Below are positions 48,128 to 60,676 of a stretch of DNA of 64,000 bases, one piece after another (position 1 is the first letter of the stretch; every line of letters begins with the position of its first letter). The stretch lies in contig NC_091989.1 in the NCBI RefSeq assembly GCF_044704955.1, forward strand, positions 21,824,001 to 21,888,000, in the 5' to 3' direction. The notes under the pieces were generated by a model that was not told the DNA's origin, did not search any database, and saw only the letters and a program-made list of their open reading frames with translations. This stretch comes from Pristiophorus japonicus (Eukaryota). A program made the position numbers and the translations under genes.

Positions 48128-48194
48128 CAAGCATAGGATATTGGAATATTAGGATAGCAAATCGTATTGAGTATTTAAGAGACACCATCTTCAT
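48128..48194 (-). CDS. Gene A signal-peptide exon (MKMVSLKYSIRFAILIFQYPML; exon acceptor at 48202)
   Basis: ttgatttgcag acceptor, gagATG start, basic-then-hydrophobic 22 aa, GTAAGT donor in phase 1. Confidence 0.8.
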
Positions 48195-49189
48195 CTCCCA
48201 GCCTGCAAATCAAATAAAATGGCAATAGTTACCCCACATTGTTTTTTGTGCATCCTTGGCAGGGATCATGAAAGATAAGCCTGAGAGTGTTTTACAAGCA
48301 AGAGGGGAAGAAAGAAGTGCCAGAGAATGTGCAGGAGAGAAAAGGGAATACATCAATGGTTAGGGAGAGCTAAAATGATGGTTAATGGGAAGCGTTTTAG
48401 TGAGACAACTAAAAGCAGAGAGAGAGGTAGGGGGATTTAGAGAGGAAGTTCCACAAGACAGGGATATGCATAGTGGCTGAAACAGCCACTGCCAATGATG
48501 GGTGGAGAACCAGGAGTAGCTGGTGTTGGAGGAGCGGAGGATACATGTCAGGATGTACATTTAGGATTGACAGAGGTAGGATATGACAAGGCCATTGACG
48601 GATTTGAAAGCAATGATAACCATCTTATCATCCACTGGAGTACGGGAAGCTAATGGAGCTAGACAAGGAGGGGAAATAATATAAGAGTTGGACTTTGTAC
48701 AGGAAAGGACATGGGCCATAGTATTTTGGAACTGTTGTAGTAGCCCATGAATTCAGCCACGCAGTGCCTGTTTTTTTGGGTACAAAGCACCTACTAAGCC
48801 CCCAATATGGCAACAGGGGAGCATGTCAGCAACATTCAAAGTTAAGAATAATTGATGTAAATTACCATCCTGCAGATCCTACAGGAACTGCATTCAGTTT
48901 TCCATTGCCCCAATGCTTCACTTGGCATGTGCTGACCTCATATAGCACATGGTGCTAATCGGCAGGAAGGCTGCCTCATCAATGCTATTTAAAGGGATGA
49001 TTTATTTACAAGATAGTTGCTGGTTTATCGTTTCTGACTGCTGCTTGACTTCTGGACGTTTTTTGCTGTGTTATAACAAGTTGAAAAGTTTACTTTGCCG
49101 AGAGAGAGATTTTGCTGCTCTTGCACTGTTGTTGCTCTTTGCCTCACAAGTAGCTTGGTTGCAGACATGGGCCCATGTATTTGTAGTGC

Positions 49190-50760
49190 TGCCTTTGCAG
49201 CTGGAGGACGAACGGGAGCAACAATGAAGACACAACAGAGCAGGAGAAGCTGCCAGAAGAGGGAAGAGGAGGATCTGGGCACTGAACAGGAGACCATATC
49301 AGAGGGTCTTCAAGGAGCACCTCTCCTATCTCAACTTGACTAAGGAGCAATGAATGAGGATTCTTCGCTTTGCAAAGGAGGCTCTCACCGAGCTATGTCA
49401 CCTACTGCATCCACAATGTGAGCCTCAAACCAGAGCATGGACTGCACTGCCAGTGGCTGTCAAGGTCATTGGCATCCCCAACTTTTATGCCACTGTTATG
49501 GCTGCAACAGCTGACATCAGCAACATCTCAGTTTGCAGTACACCGCTTTATCAGGGAGGTCACCGAGGCTCTCTACACCAGGGAAAACACCTACATCTCC
49601 CTCCCTATTGATAAGAGAAACAGGATGCAAGAGCACTAGGTTTCACACACATGGTAGGCTTCCCCAGGGAGTCAGTCAGTCATAGGCGGTCCCTCGAAAG
49701 GAGGATAACTTGCCTACACGCCATAAAAAGGATGAGTTCACAGGTGTTTCAATGAAGGACCCGAACTACATTCTCAAGGGTGGAAGATGCCGTGGATTTT
49801 TTTAACGTGTGGTGGCCGTTGCACACCAGCCACCACACGGGCTTGACAATCCAGTGGCAAGGATTACCCAAGACGACTGGAGACCAGCTCTGCTGCACAG
49901 ACCTAGTGCGCACACATATCGCAATGTGGGCTGGCCCGTGCTGCCCCTGGGCCCGAACTTACGCCTCCCCTGGGCCCTGATCACGTCCCTCTACAGTCTC
50001 TCGCCGCTCCTGCTGTATCTGCCCATGCTCTAATCACCGACCTGGACCTTGATGGCGTCACTCTTCGCTGCCGTCGCCCTCCTGCACCAGCTCGCACTTC
50101 TCCCTGGAGTAGTATGCCTCCACGCTGCTCCCGAGGCCACCGCACCTCCGCTCCTTTTATGGCCCCGACCTGCTGCTGGTGTTCTCACGCAGGTCGGGGC
50201 CTCCATGCTGCAGGGTAGCATTGGTAGCGTTGACTGCACACACATTGCCTTGCATGTTCCCTATCACCAATCTGGCATCTTTCTTAATCGAAAGGGTTTC
50301 CACTTCCTCAACGAATAGCTTGTTTGCGACCACAGACAGTGTACCATGGAGGTCTTTGCCCACTAGCCCTGAAGCAGTCATGAGAGATTCATACTACACC
50401 ATCCCTCTGTGGTGCCTTTATTCCAACCAGTCCACCAAGTTATGGGCGACAAGGGATAACGTCTCTGGATCATGACCCCTGTCAGGAATCTGCGCACAAC
50501 TGAATAGGATGATGACCGAGGGTCGGCGGCACGTTGTCGGTCGGCGCGAACACGATGAGCCGAAATGGCCTCCTTCTGCTGCTCTGTAAATTTCTATGCC
50601 TAAAATGAGAGCCATGCTGGCACAAGCAACATTTTTGAGCAAACAATCCCGTTCTCAATCAACGCTTCGGTTACCTGGAACGTTCCAGGGGAGCTTTTCA
50701 AGCATGTAGCCAATGCGCAGTGTTGCCTGCATTGCCCACAACTGGCATGGCAGTGTGTAC
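49190..50760 (+). mobile_element. Harbinger transposase pseudogene, interrupted by a retroposon
   Basis: RILRFAKEALTELCHLL..ALPVAVKV; the GFP / QGSIGSVDCTH motif is split by the 49671-50204 insert; FLNRKGFH. Confidence 0.8.
49671..50204 (-). mobile_element. ~530-bp non-autonomous retroposon with RTE 3' tail (copy 2)
   Basis: Collinear with 18192-18729; same 5' start GGAGGCCC. Confidence 0.8.
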
Positions 50761-51168
50761 CATGCCCATTATTGGGTGCAATCGGATTTTTAGGCCAGTG
50801 CCTCACCCATGGGTAGGAGAAGCCAAGCCTTGAGGTGATGAAAGAGTCCTCTCGCTCTCTCTTTTTTCAAGTATCTCGTCAAAACCTGCCTTTGCGACCA
50901 TGTCATCAAGTCCTTACCCAACTCTTGTGTTACTGCCTGTTGCCTGTTTTGCCTCTGTGAAGTGTCTTAGGATGTTTTATGATGTTACATGTGCTATATA
51001 AATACAAGTTACTTTTGTTGTTTGATTAGGATTTAGACAGTGGTAGGGATGAGTCAAGGGTGGAGGCAGACAATGGCTCAGAGATGGAAGAATGTGGTGT
51101 TGGTAACAGGAATGGAACTTGCAGTTGGCGCGCTGCTTGACAGACTGAAGTCTGAATGGCTGCCCGGT

Positions 51169-51710
51169 TAAGGTTGCCAACACTCGCTGGAAGCATTCAT
51201 GAAGGTCTCTCCTGCCAACTTCTAGTCCCTTTCTCTTTCCCCAGTTCCCTTCCCTTTCTCCTTTGCTCCCTGAGACCCCAATCCCCAGTCTCCATCTATT
51301 CCTGCTCCAAATTTCAATGCTCCCTGATTTCAGAGACCCCCCAAATGCTGACACCCCCCCTAATTTCACAGCCCCCTGAATGGTGAACCCTCCCCCCCGC
51401 CCCCCCCCCCACCTCCTGCTCCGATTTCACACCCTCTCCTGAATGAGAAGGCCCACAATTGCCAACTCTCCAGCCCGCTGCCGAATGCACTCCACACAGT
51501 TGTGCATCTCTGCGGTGGCCGGGAGCCATCACGGAGCCTTGTGTGGGGGGGGGGGGTGGGGGGGGTTGGTGGTGCACACTGCGGCCTGACATTTAATGCG
51601 ATGATCAGCACATAAATAACCTCCATAAAAAATACAATGATCTCTCCAGCTGGAGGACCATGCCCCATTTCGGGAGAGTACCAGTCATTCCAGGAAGGTT
51701 GGAAATCCGA
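51169..51710. mobile_element. hAT-type MITE
   Basis: TIR taaggttgccaac / gttggaaatccga; 8-bp TSD tgcccggt / tgcccagt. Confidence 0.65.
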
Positions 51711-52023
51711 TGCCCAGTGCAGTTCCTAGCTTTGGTGGAATGGGGAGTTCTTTACACAGCATCCATAGCCGCAGAGAAACCACGCTCTCCCTGGGATGGA
51801 GCCATGCAAGCATAGAATCCCAGAGAAAGAACGGCTTTCTGCCGCTGTGGATGCTGGGTAAAGGGATCCCCTTTCCACAAAAGTGTTTTGTTTTCACCCA
51901 TTGCCACCTTGTGCGTACCTGCGTGTCCTGCGCTTTATGCTGCAAACAGACTTGGTGCATTGGAGGCTGTCCGTACTTCGTAATGTGCACGTGTCCGTGT
52001 TTTCAAGGCGCAGCTTGTATCTA

Positions 52024-53032
52024 CAACGACAACAACTTGTATTTATATAGCACCTTTAATGTAGTAAAATGTTCCAAGGCACTTCACAGGAGTGTTACAA
52101 ATCAAAATTTGATACCAAGCCACATAAGGAGAAATTAGGACAGATGACCAAAAAGCTTCCTCAAAGAGGTGGGTTTTAAGGAGTGTCTTAAAGGAGGAAA
52201 GGGAGGTAGAGAGATGAAGAGGTTTAGGGAGGGAATTCCAGAGACGGGGCTTAGTCAGCACAGCCACCAATGACCAATGGTTGAGCTATTAAAATCAGGG
52301 ATGCTCAAGAAGCCAGAATTAGAGGAGAGCAGATATCTTGGGGGGGACGGCGGGGGGGTTGTGGGGCTGGAGGAGATTGCAGAGATAAGGAGCAGCAAGG
52401 CCACGGAAGGATTTGAAAACAAGGATGAGAATTTTAAAATTGAGACGATGCTTAAATGGGAGCCAATGTAGGTCAGCGAGCACAGGGATGATGCGTGAAT
52501 TGGACTTGGTGTGAGTTAGGACACGGGCAATTGAGTTTTGGATGATCTCCGGTTTATGCAGGGGAGAAAGTGGGAGGCCAGCCAAGAATGCATTGGAATA
52601 GTCAAGTCTAGACGTTACAAAAGTATGGATGAGGGTTTCAGCAGCAGATGAGCTGAAGCAAGACGGAGATGGGCGATGTTACGGAGGTGGAAATAGGTGT
52701 TTTTAGTTATGCTGCGGATATGTGGTCGAACGCTCATTTCAGGGTCAAATATGACACCAAGGTTCTGAACAGTCTGCTTCAGCCTCTGACAAAGGGTTGG
52801 GAGAGTGATGGAGTTGTGGGTCTAGGGGAACGGAGATGTGGCGAGGACCGAAGACAATGGCTTTGATCTTGCCAATATTTTGGTGAAAGAAATTTCTGCT
52901 CATCCAGGACTCTATGTCGGACAAGCAGCGTGATAATTTAGAGACAATGGAGGGGTTGAGAGAAGTCGTGGTGAGGTAGAGCTGGGTGTCATCAGCGTAC
53001 ATGTGGAAACTGATGTGTTTTCCGAGGGGCAT
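52024..53032 (-). mobile_element. L2-clade LINE 3' fragment
   Basis: ORF 52745..53032 FHMYADDTQLYL. Confidence 0.88.
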
Positions 53033-53168
53033 GTAAGTTATTTGGGATGGCCAATAAATTGCAGGTGTCCATTTTTTTTTGGGGGGGTGGGGGGGTCCAC
53101 TTGTACAGATGTCATTGCATCTGAAAAAACCACCTATAATCCAATATAACTGGCACTACATTATGTAC

Positions 53169-53280
53169 CTTAAGTTTTCCTTATTGTTGGTAGAATGTTG
53201 TCAGCTGAACGTAGTTTTGCCAATCTTTGATCGGGTCCATTCATTCGTAGCAAAGTGAAACTGCACAGCCACGTCATCAC
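53169..53280 (-). other. Candidate 5'-UTR exon 2 of gene A (112 nt)
   Basis: Strong acceptor ttctgtttttttctttacag and AAG|GTACAT donor, in unique sequence between repeats; stops in all three frames. Confidence 0.5.
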
Positions 53281-56200
53281 CTGTAAAGAAAAAAACAGAA
53301 TTATTTGAGTGCCATGAGGCCTATTAATGTTCACTATCTAAGCCTTTCCTGTTTTGCATTTCACATGAAAAACTGAAGCTACAGCGAAACTCCCATTTTC
53401 TGACACACAAGAATGCAGGGTCGATGGGAGGGAGGGGCACCAAATTCAGCATCGGGCCTCATTTGAATGGAAGTGGCAAGCTACAAATGGGACTCCCAAT
53501 TCAGCTTGCCAGTCAGTACCTGATAAATTCCACCTGGCTCCTATTGCGATCCGGACCACAGGTAGATCCTCGGTAGTGTGGGGAGAGGCAAAGCGGAGGT
53601 GATGGATGATCCCAGGCCAGCAGCGACCCGCAGTATTTCAGTCGAGCTAGGAAAAGCACTCATCTCCTTCGGATGCCACAACAACATAACTTTGAAAACA
53701 TTTTGTGGCTGTTTTTTGAGTGGCCTCCAACAGACCGTTTTGAGGACCGCTGGTTCAGCCGGTCAAGAACTGGTGCAACTGGGTGGAGCTTGTACGATGC
53801 AAACTCCTGTTTCAGGTGGGCGGCTGCTTGCCCATTTACAGGTCCTCCTGAATATGGCATCGGGCATCAATATGGCGACTGGGGTACCACACTCCCTCCC
53901 CCGCCACCAGATTTTCAATTTACCTGTTTTCAGGCACAAAACGGACAGTCTCAAACTTAGACAGTGATTTATCTACTTTACGCAGAGGGTGGTGAATATA
54001 TAGAATGGGTTGCTCAACTGAGGCACTGAGTGCTGTTTGGACTAGCAAATTCAAGGGAGTTGGATAAGTACCTGGACAAAATAGATAGCAGGTGTGAGAG
54101 GTGTGGTAGAATCTGATGTCACACTGGTATCACACAGTCTTTTTCAGTCCTGTAAATTCCTACACTGTGGATAGTGGAAAGTTAACCACATATATGGATA
54201 ATGGTAGCCTAGTGGTTATGGTACTGGACTGGCAATACAGAGGTTGTGAGTTCAAATCCTAGCATGACAAGTTGGTAAATTTAATTCAGTAAAAGGTGGC
54301 AATTTGTGGGCTGGCACCAGATAAAATGACCATTAAAGTTGCTGAATTGTCAACTAATGTGCTTCAGAGAAGGGTACCTACCTCAGCTGATCTATGTGAA
54401 TCTGCAATCCCACACTATATTGTTGACTCTTAATGCCCTCAGGGCAACTAGAGATAGGCAATAAATGTTCACATGCATAACCCATGTAATTGAGGATTGA
54501 GATCACATGTCTAACAATGGTGTCTAGTCTCGCTTTTTATTTACTAATCAGAAATGCAATTTTCCACATCTGGATTCCAAATGTGCTACATGTGGCTGGT
54601 GGTTAATGTATTAGACAACACCGCGCCAAGGGTGCAGACCACTCTGTCAGCACAAGGTACGAATGGGTGGTCCCCGCCCCAGCACTAACCCTTTCCTTCA
54701 CCCCTACCAATCCCAGAAACGCTGGCACACCCATCCCATATCACCAGCACATTCTGCTAGAGAGAAAATGGGAGCTGTGGTAAGGGTTCAAAGTTGTTAA
54801 AATCGATATGAAGGCCAGAAAACTGCAAAGTGTCCAGTAGAAAGATGAGGTACTGTTCCTCGAGCTTCCTTTGAGCTTAATTGAAACAGTGTAGCTGGCC
54901 AAAGGCAGAGGTCAGAGCAGAAATGGTCTGGAGAACTGAAATGACTGGGAGCTTGGGATCACACTTGCAGACAAAACGGAGATGATCGGCAAAGCGTGCA
55001 CCTAATCTGTATTTGCTCTTGCCTATTCTGGTCACTTATTTTTCAGACACAAAACAGATGGTCTCAAACTTAGACCGTGAGAAATGCAGTTTAGTTTTAT
55101 CTACTTTATGCAAAGGTTGGTGAATATATAGAATGGATTACTTAGCTGAGGCATATGCTGCTGTTTGGACCAGCAAATTCAAGAGAGAGTTGGCTAAGTA
55201 CCTGGACAAAAATCAGATGTGGGGGTGAGAGGTGTGGTGGAATCTGATGTTTCCTGGACACTGGCACCACACAAGTTTTTCCAGTCCTGCAAATTCCTAG
55301 ATTTGTGGATAGTGGAAAGTTAACTGTATATATGGGTAGGCTAGTGGTTATGGTACTGGACTGGCAACGCAGAGGTTGTGAGTTCAAATCACAGCATGAC
55401 AAGTTGATACATTTACTTAAATAAAAGGTGGCAATTTGGGAGCTGGCACCAGATAAAATGACCAAGTAAGTTGCTGACTTGTCAATCAATGTGCTTCTGG
55501 GAAGGGCACCTACCTCGTCTGGTCTATATATGACTGTACTTAGTCCTACATTGTTGATTCTTAATGCACTCAAGGCAACTAGAGATAGGCAATAAATGTG
55601 GCCTCGCCCACACCTCCAGAGCAAATATATAAAAAGGATTGTGGATAATTGGGAGCAGGAACAAAGCACAATGTTAAATTGAATCTTTCTTGGATTGTGA
55701 GATTGATTTATGACTGTTATTACTGGTTGTGCAACAAGGCGGTTGTAAAATGCAGTTCCTGTAACTCTTGCGACAATAACACAATCAAGAACCCCATCAA
55801 GTCAGAAAGGTGAGATATAAAAGGAACTGAACTCCTTGCACTGAAACATATATGTTGCAATCTTGCTGCTGCATGTGTAACATCATAAAACTACTTTACT
55901 TGCCTTTCAATAAGATTATTAATCTACAAAATTGTGGCACAGTGTTAATTCTTATCATTCATTTATACAGCAACTACTCTTTTGCTTGGCCAAGTTTTCA
56001 ACTGTGTTCTGCCCCCTCCCTGATTCCACCGTAAATTGCTGGAAATTGAAATATATTTTCACAGTGATATTATTTGCCTTATATTCAGATTGTGGACATA
56101 AAGGGTTAGGGTACTGATAAGATAACTAAGTACAGCAGGCAACAACCAGGAGTGATGTGTTAGGAAATAAAAAGTAAAAGTGTAGCTACTGGAAATTAGA

Positions 56201-56607
56201 ATCAGAATCAGAAATAGGAAATACTGGAAACATTCATTCACCATGTGTGTGGAGAGGACAAGATGTTTCAGGTATGGACCCTTCATCAGAACCGAACAAT
56301 ATTACAGGAAAAAGGAACAGAACAAGGGGAAGACGGGAAACTCCACAATCCCACACTGAGGAATATAAATAGAATGAGGTGTAAAGTGCAGAAGTGGAGA
56401 ACAAGTGATGGGTAAATTGCAGAAGTGCTATTTGGAGACAATAGGAGATACAATGAGAGAAATACAAGATAAGGGGCACAGAGGGTGTGGATAGCTAAAG
56501 GGTTGGGGGATGGGCAGGTGGAAAGGGAAGCCTGAAAAACTGGCAAAGTGGAGCAGGTCCAGTGGACCAGGAGCCTGGTAGAAGGCAAAAGCTGGCGGAC
56601 CCCAAGG

Positions 56608-57294
56608 CAGTGTTGTCCAATAGAACTCATTGACTAACCACAAGTGAGGCTACGGGTGACTCTTTTAGCTACATTTCCTGATTTTAGTAAAAAAATACAG
56701 GTAATTGCATTTCATGTGTACCAAACATCTATCACCATTCAGTGACCAAGGAAGTAAAGCACTCAATGATCAAAAAACACAATGCTTTTCACCAGATCTT
56801 TTTAGCAACGTATTCACAAAAAAAAGATTAAAATTCACATGCATACCTATGCCAATGAGGATTTTGTCCAACAATTAGTGTCTAGACTTGATTCTTATTT
56901 ACTAATCAGAAATGCAATTTGCCACATCTGAATTCCCAATGTGCTACTGGTGGTTGGCGCCGGAGGGACTGGAGTGCATCGTTACCCCGGCAACCAAATT
57001 TTAATTTGATGTTATATGTTTTAAAGTTTCATTTGCTTTAATTGCCGGATTTTTAGTGTCCCCCTCCCCTTTTATAGGGGCCACTTGTAAAATATATGGT
57101 TTTAATGCCCCCCCCCAAAAAAAGCACAAAAAACCCCAGAAATAAACAAAAAAAAAACAAAAAAAACATTTATTAAAAAAAGGGGCAGTTAAGTGTCTGG
57201 AGTGTCCCCCAGATCGGGGGGCACTTGATCTAACATTTATTTTGTTCCCCCCCAAAAGAGTTGTGGCTGGTGGTTAATGTATTGGACAACACCG
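56608..57294. mobile_element. hAT-Charlie (MER3/MER33-like) MITE
   Basis: TIRs cagtgttgtccaata / tattggacaacaccg; 8-bp TSD ccccaagg / caccaagg; subterminal tgtggctggtggttaa. Confidence 0.8.
56956..57261 (+). mobile_element. Tx1-clade 3' fragment (copy 2) nested in the Charlie MITE
   Basis: APEGLECIVTP and a 3'UTR homologous to 14004-14383; absent from the duplicated site at 54591. Confidence 0.8.
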
Positions 57295-57645
57295 CACCAA
57301 GGGTGAAGACCACTCTGCCAGCACAATGTACTAATGGGTGGTTCCTGCCCCGACACTAACCCCTTCCTTTACGCCTACCAATCCCAGAAATGCTGGCACA
57401 CCCATCCCATATCACCAGCACATCCTGCTAGTGGGAAAATGGTAAAATGGTAAAGGTTTAAAGTTGTAAAAATCAAAATGAAGGTCACAAAGCTGCAAAG
57501 TGTCCAGTAGAAAGATGAGGTACTGTTCCTCGATGCTGGTTTGACCGTCATTGAAACAGTGTAGAAGGTCAAATGCAGAGGTCAGAGTGAGTTGAAGAAC
57601 TGAAGGGGCAAGCGGCAGGCAGCTTAGAATCACACTTGCGGACTG

Positions 57646-57875
57646 TGTTGTTCTTAGATACTCTAGTACTGATTCCATGAGGCAATGTATTGTACTTGAA
57701 CTGTAGTGACCTTAGTCCTTTATTTGATAACTCCAGAGGATCACACCTGGTGGCCTGCCTATTATACTAGGCCAGGCACACCTGTACAGGTAACCGACAA
57801 GTCTCCCAATGCTGTGCCCTCTGGTGTCACAACTTGTGATAGTACCAACAGTAGCCATGTAGGATACATGATACA
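57646..57875. mobile_element. Solo LTR (Gypsy-type)
   Basis: TGT...ACA ends; 5-bp TSD gactg / gacag; absent from the duplicate copy near 54970. Confidence 0.75.
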
Positions 57876-58628
57876 GACAGAACAGAGATGTTCAGCAAAA
57901 GTGTTCACCTAATCTGTGTTTGCTTTCCCCGATGTAGACAGTGAGCAGCGATTACTGTACACTAGGTTAGAGTAACTACAGGTAAATCGCTGTCTCTCCC
58001 AGAAGGAGCCCTGGACAGTAAGTGTGACAGGAGGTGAAAGGGCAGAGGTTGGAGAACAGTGGGTGACCACTCACTGTGGGGAAGGGTCCATAATTGAAGC
58101 TGAGGTGGGAGAGAGGTCGGCGGGGAAGAGGTCAGCAGGGGATAGGTCAACGGGGGAGTGGTCGGTGGGGGGATGAAGGGGTGAAGAGGCCATGCAAGCG
58201 AGCTGTTCGAAGCAGGAAGTAAAAACAAAACTGGGAAAGAAACAAAACCAAAGTCCCCCCAAAAAAACACAATTCTAGACAGCTGGGAACACACAGATCA
58301 GCGAGTGTGAGAGAAGACAGTTGGAGATTAGGATCTGTCCCAGCTCAAACTTCCAACTGAAACTGTGTCCCCAGAGTGCCGAATTACTGAGGCCAACCCC
58401 TGTCCCCAAATCATCGCTTTACATCGGAAACAGTCACAATCCGCATTTGTCAATCTAAAACTCTCAGGTTTATTCTATCAACATATAACGAGCCCATCAA
58501 ACCTTTTTCAGAAACACCGAATACATCAGCGGCCAGGCCCACCCTTCCGTTCGACTTTGATCATAAATAGCAAAGGTTAAACAAACCCACTCGCTTATAA
58601 CGATGAACAATTTGAACTGTCCCATTAC

Positions 58629-58760
58629 CGTCTGTACCGCTCCGGCGCCGCGACAAACCATCCAGTACCGGGAATGTCAGTGAATCTTAATCTGTAAAGC
58701 GTCGTGTCTTAACCGGAACCCAGCCGTTTAGTTTCAAATATCACTTTCGTTTCACATTAT
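58629..58760 (-). promoter_or_regulatory. Putative promoter and non-coding exon 1 of gene A with ISRE
   Basis: CpG-rich unique island; donor agacg|GTAATG at 58629/58628; cACTTTCGTTTCac at 58742-58755 and GTTTAGTTTCA just downstream on the transcribed strand. Confidence 0.55.
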
Positions 58761-58811
58761 TACTTCTGGACTTGACTATTCCAACACGCCCCCTGCTGGC
58801 CTCCAACTTAC

Positions 58812-60676
58812 ACAAGAACATAAGAAATAGACTTAGGAGTGGGCCATACGGCCCCTCGAGCCTGCTCCGCCATTTAATACGATCATGGCTGATCCGATGA
58901 TGGACTCGGGTCCACTTCCCTGCCCGCTCCCCATAACCCCTTATCCCCTGTCTATTTCTGTCTTAAATGTATTCAATGTCCCAGCTTACACAGCTCTCTG
59001 AGGCAGCGAATTCCACAGATTTACAACCCTCGATGAGAAGACATTTTTCCTCATCTCAGTTTTAAATGGGCGGCCTCTTATTCTAAGATCATGCCCTCTA
59101 GTTCTAGTCTCCCCTATCAATGGAAACATCCTCTCTGCATCCACCTTGTCAAGCCCCCTCATAATCTTATACGTTTTGATAAGATCTCTTCTCATTCTTC
59201 TGAATTCCAATGAGTAAAGGCCCAACCTACTCAACCTTTCCTCATAAGTCAACCCTTTCATCTCTGAAATCAACCTAGTGAACCTTCTCTGAACTGCCTC
59301 CAAAGCAAGTATATCCTTTCGTAAATATGGAAACCAAAACTGCACGCAGTATTCCAGGTGTGGCCTCAACAATACCTTGAATAACTGTAGTAAGACTTCC
59401 CTGCTTTTATACTCCATCCCCTTTGCAATAAAGGCCAAGATTCCATTGGCCTTCCTGATCATTTGCTGTACCTACATACTATCCTTTTGGGTTTCATGCA
59501 CAAGTACCCCCAGATCCCACTGTACTGCAGCACTTTGCAATCTTTCTCCATTTAAATAATAACTTGCTCTTTGATTTTTTTCTGCCAAAGTGCATGACCT
59601 CACACTTTACAACATTATACTCCATCTGCCAAATTTTTGCCACCCACTTAGCCTGTCTATGTCCTTTTGCAGATTTTTGTGTCCTCCTCACACATTGCTT
59701 TTCCTCCCATCTTTGTATCATCAGCAAACTTGGCTAGGTTACACTCAGTCCCTTCTTCCAAGTCGTTAATATAGTCATTCTACCCGAGTAAACTAGAGGT
59801 GATCCAAAACTCGACTGCCCATGTCCTAACTCGTACCAAGTCCGCTGACTCAACACCCCTGAGCTCGCTGACTTACATTGGCTTCTGGTTAAGCAATGCC
59901 TCGATTTCAAAATTCTCATCCTTATTTTCAAATCCCTCCATGGCCTCAACCCCCCCCCTCCCCAACCCAATCTCCTCCAGCTCCACAACCTCCCCCTCCC
60001 CTCCAGATGTCTGCACTCCTCTAATTCTGCTTTCCTGAGCATCCCTAATTGTAATCGCTCAACCATTGGTGGTCGTGTCTTCTGTTGCCTAGGCACCAAG
60101 TTCTGGAACTCCCTGCCTGGATAAAGGGGAACCAGTGGATGTGGTGTATTTGGACTTCCAGAAGGCATTTGACAAGGTGCCACATAAAAGGTTACAGCAC
60201 AAGATAAAAGTTCACGGGGTTGGGGGTAATATATTAGCATGGATAGAGGATTGAGGATAGAGGATTGGCTAATGAACAGAAAACAGAGAGTTGGGATAAA
60301 TAGTTCAGTCTTGGGTTGGCAATCAGTAACTAGTGGGGTGCTGCAGGGATCAGTGCTGGGACCCCAACTATTTACAATCTATATTAACAACTTGGAAAAA
60401 GGGACCGAGTGTAACGTAGCCAAGTTTGCTGGTGATACAAAGATGGAAGGAAAAGCAATGTGTGAGGAGGACACAAAAAATATGTAAAAGGACATAGACA
60501 GGTTAAGTGACTGAGCAAAAATTTGGCAGATGGAGTATAATGTTGTAAAGTGTGAGGTCATGCACTTTGGCAGAAAAAAAATCAAAAAGCAAGTTATTAC
60601 TTAAATGGAGAAAGATTGCAAAGTACTGCAGTACAGTGGGACCTGGGGGTACCTGCGCACGAAACACAAAGGTTAG
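58812..60676. mobile_element. Two oppositely oriented CR1 fragments (58812-59773 minus; 60120-60676 plus) separated by an L2 fragment
   Basis: ORFs 58986..59462 (-) and 60239..60487 (+) are CR1 RT; 59790-60118 matches the L2 3' region. Confidence 0.85.

Larger units (their letters stand above)
53928..57930 (+). repeat. Old local tandem duplication (53928-55020 vs 55041-57930) with copy-specific insertions; each unit contains a tRNA-derived SINE, a hAT MITE end and a Penelope fragment
   Basis: 53928-54468 aligns to 55041-55598 and 54511-55020 aligns to 56869-57930; Penelope-type LLHCFNDGQTSIEEQYLIFLLDTLQ on the minus strand. Confidence 0.8.

Noticed and set aside
54203-54265. tRNA gene (also 40610 and 55337)
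   Set aside because: A/B-box-like heads run into SINE bodies and I could not form a complete cloverleaf
59494-60676. Functional long inverted repeat
   Set aside because: Explained by two oppositely oriented copies of the same CR1 subfamily
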